Notes under the pieces: model-generated
What the model was told of the DNA's origin: nothing
Seen by the model: the letters and a program-made list of their open reading frames with translations, nothing else
The model's database searches: none
Translations under genes and position numbers: made by a program
NCBI GenBank assembly: GCA_034780895.1
Contig: JAUZTB010000062.1
Span: 13,140,751 to 13,204,750, forward strand
Origin: Rhynchobatus australiae
Lineage: Eukaryota
Length of the DNA stretch: 64,000 nucleotides
Reading direction: 5' to 3'
In this document: piece after piece, positions 48,551 through 62,139 of the stretch
How positions within the stretch are numbered: position 1 is the first letter of the stretch
Layout of the letters: every line of letters starts with the position of its first letter

Positions 48551-51224
48551 TTTTCTTGGATTCTTTGTTTCAGAAACATCCTTTACTGAAGCATCTCCTG
48601 GTATCATAAATACACTTAGGAACACAAGCCAGAGAATTATGGTCAGTGGATAGAAAAAAAATAACCATCTGCCTGATGGCTTTGCTCAATGCAAGATGAG
48701 CAAGGTATGACTGTTATAAAAACGTATGCATGTCACAGGCCACTTGCCATCGTCACAGGCTCTCCCCACATGTTTGTAACCTTCATCATCTTACATAACA
48801 GTAGCTCTCCATCTGGTCTCTACTCTAGGGTGAAAATCATAACCTTGTCTGTATATCTGTCTTCCATCCAGAAGCCAATCCTTCAACAGATTTAGAATCA
48901 CATCTAAAGTATTCAAGCTATCCTTTTTGATTTTTGCTTAATAACAGCCGTGCCGTTCACATTTAACATCACTCCTCAAGTCAGACTATGGAGAGACCAA
49001 GACTCATTGTATCCTGTATTTATATTCTTCATCCACTGTACAAGAGGGTGCTACAATGCAAAATGTTATAAAAATGTACAACACCTGCAATATTAATTGG
49101 ACAACAGGAAAGGATAGACAAGTAGTGCAACCCAATAAAAGTTCAACTTTTCCGCAAGGAACTTAAAAGTTACATGGGTAAAATAACTCCACTATATTAG
49201 AGTTATATGGGACATAAGATATTTGAAGTAGGTTTTCTCCAGGTATGGGAGTGAGAAGGAAACCAAAGATGACTGAACAGAATAGAAGAGCCGTCTGTTT
49301 CACTTATCAGCAGAAACCTTGAAAAATATCCAATCATCTATAATGCAATCTATTGAAAATATTGTGGCAACTCAGCTTTGGACCTTTGACTTGATATAAC
49401 CTTGACAGTATACAATATCCCAGAGTCAGGAATTTGATTATTTAAGAAAAAGACTAACCAGAAACATTGGAGCACTTGATCAATTGCCCATCAACTAAAC
49501 TGACCCTATAACTGTACAAGCAGCTCCAGATCTTGATCAATTCCTTTGAGATGGCTTCCACCATTAACACTTGAGAATCTGCAGTTCTGAAATTGCCAGC
49601 CAAACCCAACAAAAAAAGGACACCCTTTCCAGACCGTCTGAAGCACTGACATCAGCGACACTTCTCCAACTCTAAGTATTGCCCATCCCGATCAGTCCCA
49701 GTGAGGAGGTGGAACTTCCTTTGGAGCATTTACTCCCTTATTTCAGACTCTACAGTCAGAACAAGGAGTCTTGGTCCAAAACATGAAGCAGACCTGACTA
49801 GACACAAATCAAGCACTTCAGATAATAAACACTTAGCTGTGACAGAAACCAGTACAGTTAGATGGTCCGAATACAAAAATCTGCACAATAATTTGAAGCA
49901 TTGAAATACTTGTTATTTTTACCTCAGGAGAGAGTTCATTTCACTCCATTTAAAAGACCACACAGGTAACACTTGGGTACAATACTAAGGGAGTGCAGTG
50001 GGGGAAGTCAGGGGAGTGGGGAAGTTTCACAGTGGGACTGTTTCTATTGCAGCTACAATTCTATCGCAATTAATTATTGACATTATTCCTCTTTGCATCT
50101 CTGCACTTTAATTGTCAGTGACACACAACAATGCTATTCAGACCCTAAATGGGTTATGATTCGGGGTAGTGGGAGTGGTGGATATTACTATAGCACATTG
50201 CCAGAATGTTTCTCCTAACCTTTATTCTCTGCACTCAGAGTTAAGATTCTTGTTCAGAATCACAGAAGGTTTATCAGCTAACAGAGGCCAAGTACCAGCA
50301 CTATTACAGCTCCATTGTTCATGTAGGTCAAAATCTAATGAAGGCATAGGGTTCATTCATTGTTCCACCCAGACCTGGCTGTCATCATGTTAACATGCAG
50401 CAGACAGTCCAGCTCATTTTTCATTATCTAAGCAGCTCAATTACATCATGACAATGATACACTTGAAGGTTTCACTTCCTTCAGTCAACAAAAAAATAAT
50501 GATGCGTTGAAAATGTAACCATCGATCAAATCAAACAAACAATCTTCAGCAAGTTAATGTACTGAATCAGACGACTGTCGAGATTCTTTTTGTCAAGCAG
50601 AGATGGAAACTTATGTTAATAGTGCTCATGCCATTTTTTGCAGTCTTAGCCCGAATCCAATGACATTAGTAATCACTTCAAATCCTGTTCCACAAACAGC
50701 AAAAGTCATACCCTCTTCCTAACCAGGGCAATTCAAAACATCTTGCCATGGGAGTAACCATCAAAATGCATAGAAGTTCATTTTATTTCAAGTTTTGCTC
50801 TTAGTTGTGAAAAATATTAAGTAAATATTTAACCTCAAGAAAGTATGTTTCTGTTCTTTTCCACATTACATTGCATTAAAGATGCCCTACGCTTTCCCCA
50901 AGAAATTACTTTCCCATCACCACACAACCTCCACCCCAGAGCAGCATGTTTCCATTTATGGGGTGAGGGGAGTGAATGAGGATCATGAGAACAGTAACTC
51001 AGATCAATTCGTGGCTCAGAGTTGTACAGTGACTGACAGGTGGTGCTGGATTTGAGTCTTCATTTTCTAGAGTCAAAGGATCTCCCTTTGACCCACTGAA
51101 TCCAAACTGAAGATCAGAAACCCCCCCATGTTCTCATCAACTCCTGTCAGATTCGAACACTTACGTACAAAGTAGGGACAGCAGCTTGATTAGATGTGCC
51201 ACTACCCCACCCATTCATTTCCTG

Positions 51225-51450
51225 TTACTCTCAGCCAGAGGTGTGCTGCGATTGGCCTGAGGGTCAGGATTACAGAGAGGAAGATTCATCTCGCCGATTC
51301 CTGATTACCAACCCCCAGATCCCTGCTGGAAACTCCTCGGATCAGGTCCTGTCATGCCACCTCTGAATTAAAATACCCCATCAAAAGCAGGTAAACTCAA
51401 ATGTGAACAATGCATTGGAAGATCTATCAGAGGGAATCTGTATTGGAAAT
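51225..51450 (+). mobile_element. ancient SINE remnant (AmnSINE2-like by recall)
   Basis: ctcagccagaggtgtgctgcgattggcctga...tcctgattacc...ccctgctggaaa. Confidence 0.45.
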
Positions 51451-53624
51451 GTCGTCTGTAAAGATAAAAGAGTGGATAGAGGAGGGAAAGAAGGGTAAAA
51501 TGAAAGGATTTAAAAAGCTGACAGAACTGGTGGTTATGTGGAAGAGGTTATAGTAACCCAAGCCACTGATGGAAACAGCCCAGGAGCACTCAACTCCAGT
51601 AGCAAGTCCTCACTGGACAAGAGCAGCATGATTTACAGTGCCCACCATCCTGCGTGAAATGTTGTTTTGTTAGGGCCTGCTCACAGACACAAAGTCTGCC
51701 TTTGTCTCCAGCGGAAAAAGGAATTTTTTGTCTTCAGGGCCTGACCGAGTTTACATGACACTCCAGTACTCTTTGTAAACTCACATTTTCAGAGTGTCGG
51801 ACAATGAAAACAATCCAGATAGTCACTTGGCATTAGACAGTTGCCTCTGTTGAGCAGAGAGGGAAAAAAAAGAAGTGCTTGTTGGAAGAAATTTTAATGA
51901 GGGGTCAGTGAAGAGGGGGAGCTGGAGGACGACATTGCAGCCTGACAGAGGGACTCCGTCAGACTGCAAACTGAGAACTCTGAGCAAGCTACAAATGCTT
52001 CAAAGTAGTTTTTTTTCTATTTATAAAAGGGTCATGGAAAGAAAACAGAGGGACTATGTCTGCTTCACATGGGAAAGGAAAGTCAGCCGAGTTAGTCAAA
52101 AAAAAACATCTAAGACAGGCAAAGGCATTCCATGCTGCATTTATAAGCCTCCAGTAGAGTGCTATCCATGAAAATATACTTGAAGCAGCATCACCTCATC
52201 TTCAGCACAATCACCCAGTCCAACGCTGACCTGAATGCATCCTTTTCCATTCAATAAAGCAATAGACAAAAATCACCTGACTTGACATTAATGAGAGGAC
52301 AAGTCTATAAATATTGCACCTTGGAAACCTTATCATTGCATTAAGAGGCAATAATGCAGAGACCCACATATCCATGCTGGAGGTTTTGGCGGATGTGTTT
52401 GCACAGGTTATGGGNNNNNNNNNNNNNNNNNNNNNNNNNNNNNNNNNNNNNNNNNNNNNNNNNNNNNNNNNNNNNNNNNNNNNNNNNNNNNNNNNNNNNN
52501 NNNNNNNNNNNNNNATGGGAGCTGAGAGCCTGGATTTCAAACAGGAATGTCTGGATGCAAGAACCAAAGTATGAGGTAATGATTATTTAAATCGAGTGTT
52601 AAAAAACATCTAAATGGGACAAAAATGGGTCTGTTCCATTTCCTTTTTTATATACAAGTCGTAAATATTTTCACTATTCAGAGAAAAGGATTGCAGTAGA
52701 AATGTCTCACAAGGTGATGACTTGTCAGTATGCTTACAGATTATTAGTCAATAAATATGCCAGATGCTATGGCTGTTTTCCTTTTTCTGCTCAAGATTTA
52801 TGACAGCTCCATACAGCATAAGTGTATTCATAAAGCAATGTGTGTGGAAAAATGTCTTTTTAAAATAAAACTCTTTTGAGTTCCAATGCACACTCAGTAT
52901 CCAAGCAGTCAATATGACTGCCTGTCAACCCCCACATGCCACAACAGAGCTCCCATTCTACTGGTCTTCGTTAATCTCTTCTGTGGACTAAAGGCATCTT
53001 TGTGTGATCACTGGCCCTTTATCCATTCTCCCCCTTCCAAAAACAGGCTCCGTCCACAACCTCCACACACAGCCGCAGCTACCTGCTCAACCTTGTAGCA
53101 GTGCTGAAATTTACCCTACAGGCAAATGCAGGGGGTAAACAGATACCAAAGGTAAAAAGGCCAAGATTTTGTTTAATTTTGGATTGTGTTGTTTTAATGC
53201 ATATACAGAGGGTTTTTCTTCTGCAGATGGAGCCAATTTTTCTGCTTGCAGTGTTTTATACGCTTGTTGGACTGATGTTCGGTGACGTGGGGAGGTTAAG
53301 CTTTCATGCTTTGGTATACAAAGTACAAACAAGATGCATAAAATGTCACTATAACCTCTTGGCTCTGAAGACTGATTTTGGAATACTTTTTTTTGTTCTA
53401 ATAGAAAATGTACACACACTGAAGGAGCAGCTGGAAACAAATCAGCTATTTCAAACGCGCATCAAATCCCAAACTGCCAAGACTCTGTCATCTGCTCCTT
53501 ACCAAGCAAGTGGATGATAAAGCAACAAGAGGAAAGAAAACCTGGAGTTTTCTTTTTGGGAAAAGAAAGGACATGTGCTCTTGGTCAGAGACAAACACAA
53601 GGCATCCCCCGACTTTTGGCTCAG

Positions 53625-53745
53625 AGTAATGCTTTATAGCACCAGCGACCCGGGTTCAATTCTGGCTACTGCCTGTAAGGAGTTTGTACGTTCTCCCAGT
53701 GTCTGCGTGGGTTTCCTCTGGGTGCTCCGGTTTCCTCCCACATTC
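53625..53745 (+). mobile_element. young V-SINE 5' part (rest in gap 53746-54119)
   Basis: agcgacccgggttcaattctggc...gtaaggagtttgtacgttctccc. Confidence 0.9.
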
Positions 53746-54119
53746 NNNNNNNNNNNNNNNNNNNNNNNNNNNNNNNNNNNNNNNNNNNNNNNNNNNNNNN
53801 NNNNNNNNNNNNNNNNNNNNNNNNNNNNNNNNNNNNNNNNNNNNNNNNNNNNNNNNNNNNNNNNNNNNNNNNNNNNNNNNNNNNNNNNNNNNNNNNNNNN
53901 NNNNNNNNNNNNNNNNNNNNNNNNNNNNNNNNNNNNNNNNNNNNNNNNNNNNNNNNNNNNNNNNNNNNNNNNNNNNNNNNNNNNNNNNNNNNNNNNNNNN
54001 NNNNNNNNNNNNNNNNNNNNNNNNNNNNNNNNNNNNNNNNNNNNNNNNNNNNNNNNNNNNNNNNNNNNNNNNNNNNNNNNNNNNNNNNNNNNNNNNNNNN
54101 NNNNNNNNNNNNNNNNNNN

Positions 54120-54215
54120 TCCAGATGAAGGGTCTCGACCCAAAACGCCGACTGCCCGTTTCCCTCCATAGATGCTGCCTGACCCGCTGAGTTCCTCCAG
54201 CACTCTGTGTGCTAC
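54120..54215 (+). mobile_element. Penelope-like repeat with the best-preserved hammerhead-like core
   Basis: tccagatgaagggtctcgacccaaaacgccgactg...gatgctgcctgacccgctgagttcctccagca. Confidence 0.7.
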
Positions 54216-54549
54216 TGTAATTCCTTGCCTCACTTCTATCCTGACAGCCAGCTGTACAGCAAAAGCAGACCAAAGAGACCAGTTGAAGCACTGACGACAG
54301 ATGGGGGTGGGCGGGGCAGAAACCCAGATTCCTCCCACACACACTTGGGCAAGACACTGAGGTCATGAGTGAGTGTATCAGTAGGGTTTCATGGGTGTAA
54401 AGGGAAGGAAGCGTGACCAAACATTTAACATACTTGCCCCCAGCTCTTCAGTGGAGAGCCTCAGGGTATTGATAGTAAGGGAATTGCATTGTGGCAAGCG
54501 CTAATTGTCAAACTCGCTCATTGGCAGTATCGCTAATTAGGAAGTGGAT

Positions 54550-54700
54550 GATAAACTTGCCACTTCTCCACCAAAGCCTAGATCTTGCTGCACGCAAAAT
54601 ACTTCTCATTACCTGAAGAAATGAAAATGGAACTGAACACTGTAATCGCCAGCAAACATGTCGATTACTGACCTTGCAATACAGGGAAGAATAGCCTCTG
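54550..54700 (-). mobile_element. LINE reverse-transcriptase fossil (FADD region)
   Basis: Minus strand gives MFAGD (decayed MFADD) followed, with frameshifts, by QQDL and KWQV. Confidence 0.6.
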
Positions 54701-56344
54701 TCAACAAGTCCAAGCTCTCTGAACCCATGTTTTGGGAGAGGTATGCTGTTGGGGAGGAAGGAAGATCGGTCACATGCCCTCTGCAGTAGATAAACAGAAC
54801 TGGGCTGATGTATGCATATTTATTAACTGGATTAGTACGTTGGGTCAAAAGACAAAATAAGCACAATAATTGTCCTGCAGACAAAGATGATATCCCACTT
54901 TGGAAGAGGTTTACCTTACAAAGCCCTTTCCTCTACGTGAGGTATCACTGATCAGGCAGGTTACCTCAGGAGTCAAAAGTCATCCGGCTCTTAAATGTAA
55001 GATAGGACTCTGGTTTCCACATATTAGTTAGGCTCCAGGCACCACAGATCCCAGATGAAAAGTGCGCTGTTAAAAGGTGGTAGGAATCAGCGGGAAGGAG
55101 ACAGCAAGTTTTTTTGAGGCAATTTTAACTGCTCAACCATTCCACACCCCTTGCTGAGCACATTAGGTTAAAATTATCCCCAGGCCACTGTTCAAAAATA
55201 GAAGTGAAGCAAGTTGAATCCATACAAAAGATACTTTCAAAATTTAACTTTACTAACTTGCTGTTATTTGTGCCAAGTCTCAATTTGTCAAATTTACTCA
55301 ACAAGTATGGTTATTCATATGTGCCCAAGGAGCAGTACTTGCCCCAGTCATCTCACTTATAATTCAAACAAGCAAGATAGGCATTAAAGTAAAAGATTAT
55401 TCAATTTGTTAGCTTGACCAGGTAAAAGGAAAAAAAACCTTCAAAAAATGCATGCCCATTAGCTAAGTTTTGGAAACATGGGAACCCTCGTGAGGACTGC
55501 AATTACTCTCTCAAACAGTATTTTTAGCTTAGTGGCCAGATCCACATTTTCCAAGTACACAGTCACGGCAAACAATCTTGCCAGGAAACCATGGAGCTGC
55601 TCCCATGATTTTCCTTCCACTTCAAATGGGGGAAAAACAACCATAGCATAGCGTGCACCTGTCAGGACTTCCTGACGAGTACAGCCAGCAAATCCGCTCC
55701 GAGCCCAGCTGCAAAAAGCAAGCACTTGTAATGGAAAGGTGTTACTGGTACAGATGCAATAGCAATGGAACATCAGGTTCTGCTCTCCCACAACATCTAC
55801 CGAAAGAGTAGGCACCTTTCAAGCAATGCAGCTGGAGAATTGGTCACCAGAGAATACAAAGAGTGATGCATTTTGCATGCTCTCCGATCCCAAATCCCTG
55901 CAAATGCTTCCAGTTTCCGTTCTTGACCTCCACAGAAACCAGGGAGAGAATCAGACATAGAAAGCTCTTACTTCCTCACTCATACTCTCATCAACTTTTA
56001 TACCAGCCTCAGAATGATTGAATGTTCCATACTTCAATTTTTGTTCCACACTTCAATTTTTCACCCTCTCTCAGAGTCTGGTGATACATAAAAGCACGAT
56101 GTAATAAGTTATAAAAACCACAGGCATCATGGCATACAAGTCTCCCAAGGAACTGGTCGTAATCACTCACAAGGGACATTACCAAGTACTACTGTCAGGC
56201 ACAACTCCCCCTATAAAAGGAGACCAAGTACAGATGTTCCATCTTCTTCAAGTTTTTTTTTTCGCAAGTGAAGGAAAGAAGTTTGGATTTTAATTGCATT
56301 ATTTTTAAATAATACTTCAGTGTGAGCACAGAAGGTTGCTGTCA

Positions 56345-57055
56345 TACATGAAGTGTGATTGATTGAGATGACAGATCTCCTTCAGTGTGCCAACACAGTC
56401 TTTGGCCAACTGACAAAAACAAATGTATTTGCCAATCAAGACCTCAAACCTGGAACAAAACTCGTGAGCTACAAGGCAGCCATGATTCCTGCCCTCATGC
56501 ACTTGAGACTGGACCCATCTACAAAACACACCTCAAGGTATTAGAGAGGTAAACACGATGCAGTCTCCAAAAACATTGGTAAGATAAGCAAACCAATGCC
56601 AGTAACTTCTGCAAGGTCAACACTTAAAGTCGTATCTACACTCAGACCATCTTGTTCACTTGCCTGATAACAGACAGTCAAGCTCTGTCAAAGGGAAGAT
56701 ATTACCAGGCAGACGGTGGAAACGATTGAAGGATGTCCTCAAAGTCTCCTTGAAAATTAAATGCAACATCCCCAGTGGGAATGCCTGGCCGATAATTGCT
56801 CAGAAATGGAGAATGAGCAATTGGGATGTCACTGAGGGTGGGGAACACTCACGAACACACGCCCAGCATAGATGACAGAAGGAACGTACCTCCTCTCAAA
56901 CTGTTCACCTACCCTTCCCATCAGGCACCTCCCACCCAGTCTGTGAAAGTCTGCAGTTCCCACAACGGTCTCATCAGTCACCTCAGAACCCAGAGAACTG
57001 GAGTGGAAGCAAATCATCCTCAATCCCAAGAGAGCATCAAAGGAGGAAGTAGTGT
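56345..57055 (+). mobile_element. 5'-truncated RTE-clade LINE (ORF C-terminus and 3' end)
   Basis: LQCANTVFGQLTKTNVFANQDLKPGTKLVSYKAAMIPAL; GRRWKRLKDVLKVSLK; terminal VCSSHNGLISHLRT; multiple frameshifts. Confidence 0.85.
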
Positions 57056-60000
57056 GAAGAGAAAGGCACTGCAGCATGGTTAACCATATGCTCCCTATAA
57101 ATGGCGTGATGGAATATTCATCCTCAGGTCAACAACTTGCTCTGCTGCCGTAAGCAAACCTCAAAACATGACAGAAAGAGCAGCACCTCAAGGTAAATCA
57201 AAGGGCGAGAGCTGATCTGTAGATTCCACGGCCTTTCAGTGTAAACAGGATGCTCAAGATTTTTTTAGCTGGATATCCACATGCTACATTTACATTTGAC
57301 AATCATTTGAATCTTTCAAAATTCCACCGAAACTCAACGACCAGGAAAACATCAACTTGGGGGAGGTACTTTGGAATGGAAGCATTAACAAAGCAGCAAT
57401 TACAAATCACAAACTTACACATGTGGCCTTGCTAACCATCAGGTACAAGGTACAAAAGCATTTTGTCTGCTCTGCTCCCTTGACAGGGAACCTCTACCTT
57501 GCCCAGGTCAAGGCCTGACCCAAGTCTCAGAGATGGGAGCACTTGGGCTTTAGTCCATTTCAATGATTCGAATGCACCCTTGTAAACACAGCCAGCCTGC
57601 TCCTGCTTCCATAGTGGCAAAAAAAATATTTCATTGCCAGACAGAGGCACTTAAGATTCTCAATTTATATTATAGTGTCAAAACTCTGCTAGGAGTTCCC
57701 AAACGGAGAATTTAATTTCTATTAAAATTTTGGCATCCAAACTCATGTGAACATAAAATGTGTAAGTGTTCCATTCCTCAGTCCCTGGTGATGTGTTCCA
57801 TTAGCAGGTGGTTCCTATATAATCTCCTATTCCCTGTCTGAAATCTGGAGACCTCTTTAGTTCTTTCCAAGTCATGATCCATCAGTAACTTTAGCTGAAG
57901 GCAACAGTTTCATTGAGTTAACCTCCAAAGCATTATTCATTTAACCTCAACATAAACACATTAGGGAAAGGAGGCATCTTGCAGTCCAATACAAGGCTCT
58001 GCCAGGACTTCACTCGTGAGGGAATGCTATGCTTGTTAAAATACTCTCAAATAGAATCGATTTTGTCATAAATAGGAATTTCCATCTCCTCTGTTGATTT
58101 TCTGAAAGACTGATAACTTCTGCACAGAACCAGAAAAACAGGATTACCTCAGTAGCAGTGTGTGACACGACAAAATGTTCATTTACCCTCAAGATGTCAA
58201 AATACATCAATCATCATTCTGAATGTTCCACAACTACATTAATCAGAAATATTTCACCCATTACATATACACCTGCTAAAAACCAAGTAGTCTTCTGTAA
58301 ATCCAAGACATCTTGATTATAGAATTAGTTAAGTGTGATCCTATGGAGTTTTTGTATTGCAATGTTCAATACAGCAAAGTACACTTTAATAGTCTTGATG
58401 ACACCCAAGCTCAGTAGATAATGGATCACACCAGGTAATCAGTTTTATATTAGTTCATGTAAGAAACTGGATTCTTGTGACTTATGGCCAAACCCACAAC
58501 AGGAGGACCATCCAGATCATATTTATATTAAACTCTGTTCACTTGCAGACACTTCACAATATGCTATTTTGGAATTTACTCCACTCACTCAACAACAGTC
58601 CTGAGAACACTGGAGAAATAATTGTGCATTGGAAATTAAGTTTATAAAAATCATCCCAATCAATCATACAGTCTTCTCCTCTTATCATAGAGATCACCAA
58701 ACAAGGCAAACAAACCCCTGACTCATCGAGCTCAAAGTTAACTTCTGGCACTCCATTAAGACCAGTTTAGACCCTGTATCATTAAAAGGCGTGTGAACTG
58801 CTCCAGTTATCTGAGACTTGGACTGGCAGTGTGGAAGCATCCACTTCCACCAGCGTCACCCAGACAGGCAGCCCGAAACCCATGTTGGTTCCAGCTTGGA
58901 AGAATCTTTGGGTCCACTGCAACAAGGCCACATTCCACAACACATACTTTCTCCTTACGCTGTCCTGTTGCCAAGGAGATTCTAAACAGCTTTGGTTAAG
59001 GGTGCTTTAAAGTAGTTTTAAATATATAGGATTTAACTAAATAAATATTCCTCTTTGCAGGTCGTTTCTTAAGAGCGACCATCTGTGAAAAATCTCCAAT
59101 CACAGGGAATCCCAGTTTCCTGCTTCTATCTGAACAAGCACCTTAAATAGGCTCAATTATCTGCATTAAGTTGCCACAATGGCCCAGAAGGCTGTAATCT
59201 TCCTTTTGGTTTCTCTCTAGCAATCATCATGAAATCATCAATCTAGCAATCATCTCTCTAGCAATCCACAATATTGTCTGTAAGAACAGCCGAGGGCAAA
59301 GTAAAACTTTACCACTCTTTGGAAGTGATGTTGATCTCGCACCAGGCTCAGGGCACTTGTGAGAGCTGCCAGTGGTTTACAGGGCAGAGTGTTAGTTAAT
59401 CAATGACAGACAATCGTTCCTCGTTTTTGTAGTTCACTCACTCAGCAGGTTAAAGTGATACAATCAAATTTAGAGGCTTTCAAAACATAGAACTTAAAAT
59501 GAATTAGTTACCCAAACTTATGCATTTTAGCTCATGCCTTATCAGAAGGCCAAAATTATTCACAAGGAAACAAAGCTCAGAAGAAGTTTGGTTTAGAGTG
59601 TAAAAATTGATAGGAAAATACAGCATGAACTTGACATGGTGTAGGTGAGGATTCTATTGATCAAAGGGAAATTAACCCTCCACAATTCTTCAGAGGCAAG
59701 TGTGTCATGGAGGTTACACCCCTGATTGTTGGTGCATTGTGCCAAGGTGACCCAGTTCAAGGAGAACAACAGTGAATTCAATAATTCTGTCCTGGGACCA
59801 CGAGAAGGATACTCCTGGGAAAACAGTAATCTCAGCACAACATGGGAATACAGACAGGCTGTGCTAATCAAACTGCCACCTGACCTCCACCACCCTTCCC
59901 ACCCCTCTCAAATAGAAAGCCGAAGGGTCTCCCATCAATCACATTCAAACCTGGTTTCTCAAGGGAGATGCGCCAGAGACATTATCAAACTGTACGAGAA

Positions 60001-60479
60001 CACAACATGTTGAAAACCAGTTGTGTGCACTCTGTACTCCGTCAGCCTTCCTTCCTAGATGTTAAACTGAGAGTGTTGCAGGGAACTACAACAACTTGTC
60101 CTCCTGATGTCTCTAGTGTAGGAACAGCCCCACTCACTTCACAGAGTTAACCTTCAGCCACCTGAAAAGGCATTTGATCAAAACCTGCTCAAAGAGAAAA
60201 CTCGTTTTAATGCAATTTAAAATGTCAAATGTCCCACACAAGTGCATGACAACTGGAAAAACATTAGTTGACACCGTGTCTAAAATGCAAATAGCTTAGA
60301 AGCAAGCAATTGGTTTTTCATTTTGGAATTCCTTTATCATTTTAAGTTGCAAAATTATGGGGGAATTATGTATGTTCGCTGTGCATCAAAAGCGATGCTG
60401 TTTAAACTGCAAAATTTGCAAGGTCTCGGAAAACGCAGATGGATGAATGAATCAGGTGAAAAACGATCTGCTGCTCTGA

Positions 60480-60580
60480 ACTGTTGCCTGGCTCCACCCA
60501 CACAATCAGTCGATTGGCTTGTCGATTTTCGCCGAGATTTGACTGGCGATTGGAACAGGGTGCTGCCAATCATTTATACC
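60480..60580 (-). promoter_or_regulatory. candidate secondary promoter (CCAAT cluster)
   Basis: ATTGG at 60513 and 60549, CCAAT at 60566, GC-box-like gggtggagcc and X-box half site ggcaac on the minus strand; CpG retention across about 60.4-61.3 kb. Confidence 0.5.
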
Positions 60581-62139
60581 CCTCCACACCCCCCAGCTGA
60601 GTAGCAGCTGACAGGTGCATGAGTGCCAACAGTGCACGGGAGAAGGCAACACACGGCCAACGGAGCCCCGAGTCAAGGAACGAAAGACGTAATTTCACAC
60701 TTGTCAACGGAACGGGCGCTGCTTCCAATGCCCACGTCGGGGGAAGTAAAGACAACGCCAATATTTCAGCCTGCACTGATCTCAACAAGTGATCGTGGAA
60801 GACTTCAGATGAAATCCGAATAAATGACACCAGTCCATTTCAAAAGGATTATCTGCGGCATTTGAAGAATTGTAGATTAAATCCATGCGATGAGTACAGC
60901 CTTTCCAGAATGAATGCTTATTCACGCCAGGGTTAATCTTTGAGTAGTATCGATCGAAATTCAACGAGACGAACTCTCGCCTGAAAATACTATTACCTGA
61001 TTAAAGGTTACTTACTTTTATGGAAATTGTGCGTAAACCAGGTGACACGGTGACGAAATAGTTAAAGCCAGAACCCCGCTAAAACCTAGTTTGAACAATC
61101 TCACTAAACACAGGACAATGTAACATTGTGTGTGCGTGGAGCCATATAGTGTCACAATACCCCACTGTAGTGTTCACTGTTTCAATTAAGCTGCGTTCTA
61201 TCAAAAGGGCCTTTGTAATCCATTAATCTTAAAAAGGCAACAGATAAGGGCTGATTTTTCGAGATGTTGCCGCTTAGGTGATCGGATCCACGACCGCTGT
61301 AGTTTTATTTGGGGGGGGGTATTCAGTTATTCATTGTCAGTAAAGATATCTTTATTACATTGAAAATCCAGGTTTGTAATGAAACACACCTACCTCTTAC
61401 TAAATCCAGACCCAAAGCTGCCAAAATCCACATTATTGTTCCGAGCTTAAATCCACGGAGTATCCTGTATACATCCCAGGCTTTTCAATACATCATCTGG
61501 ATACAATATATCCTCGGACATCCATGGAATCCACTCAATACCAAATGACAGGAACATTCCAAAAGCTTGTAACGTAATTCCACGTTTTTATTTTCCGGGA
61601 ACATAGCTTGGTAATAGCCATCTCCATTGATTCAGCTGGTATCCACGCTGCTTATTCTCACGGTTGTTTAATCGTGACCATGACATTTTCATTTCTTGGT
61701 GAAAACATGCCACCACCCCCAAATGAAAACGGCTCAAATTCCGATTATCCCAAGGAAAATTCTGAGAGGCATTTTTCTTTCCATTAACAGAGCCAATATT
61801 ACTTGCGNNNNNNNNNNNNNNNNNNNNNNNNNNNNNNNNNNNNNNNNNNNNNNNNNNNNNNNNNNNNNNNAAACACACACGAAACAAGTGAAAATAAATG
61901 CACTCGTGCTTAAGGTCTGGGGATTCGCAGTCCCGGTGGAAATTCCAGCAATTGTAGAAACTCCCAATTCTTTATATTATAAGAGATATAGACGTTGAAG
62001 TAATCCTAGATATTTTCGTTCTTGGTGTTGTTCAAGCAATCGGCAGATTGACAGCCGTTGCATTTTCCCCTTTCCCTTCCTACCCCAGTGAGAACTGTTC
62101 CTTTGGATGCAGTGCACCTCCTGCACTTCACACGGCGCA

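Noticed and set aside
52314-52574. Protein-like ORF across a gap (about 53 codons if the atggg overlap is merged)
   Set aside because: Short, unrecognised, and dependent on how the gap is resolved.
54605-54635. Recursive splice site (ttttcatttcttcag/GTAATG) on the minus strand
   Set aside because: Lies within a decayed LINE RT segment; a chance match is more likely without RNA evidence.
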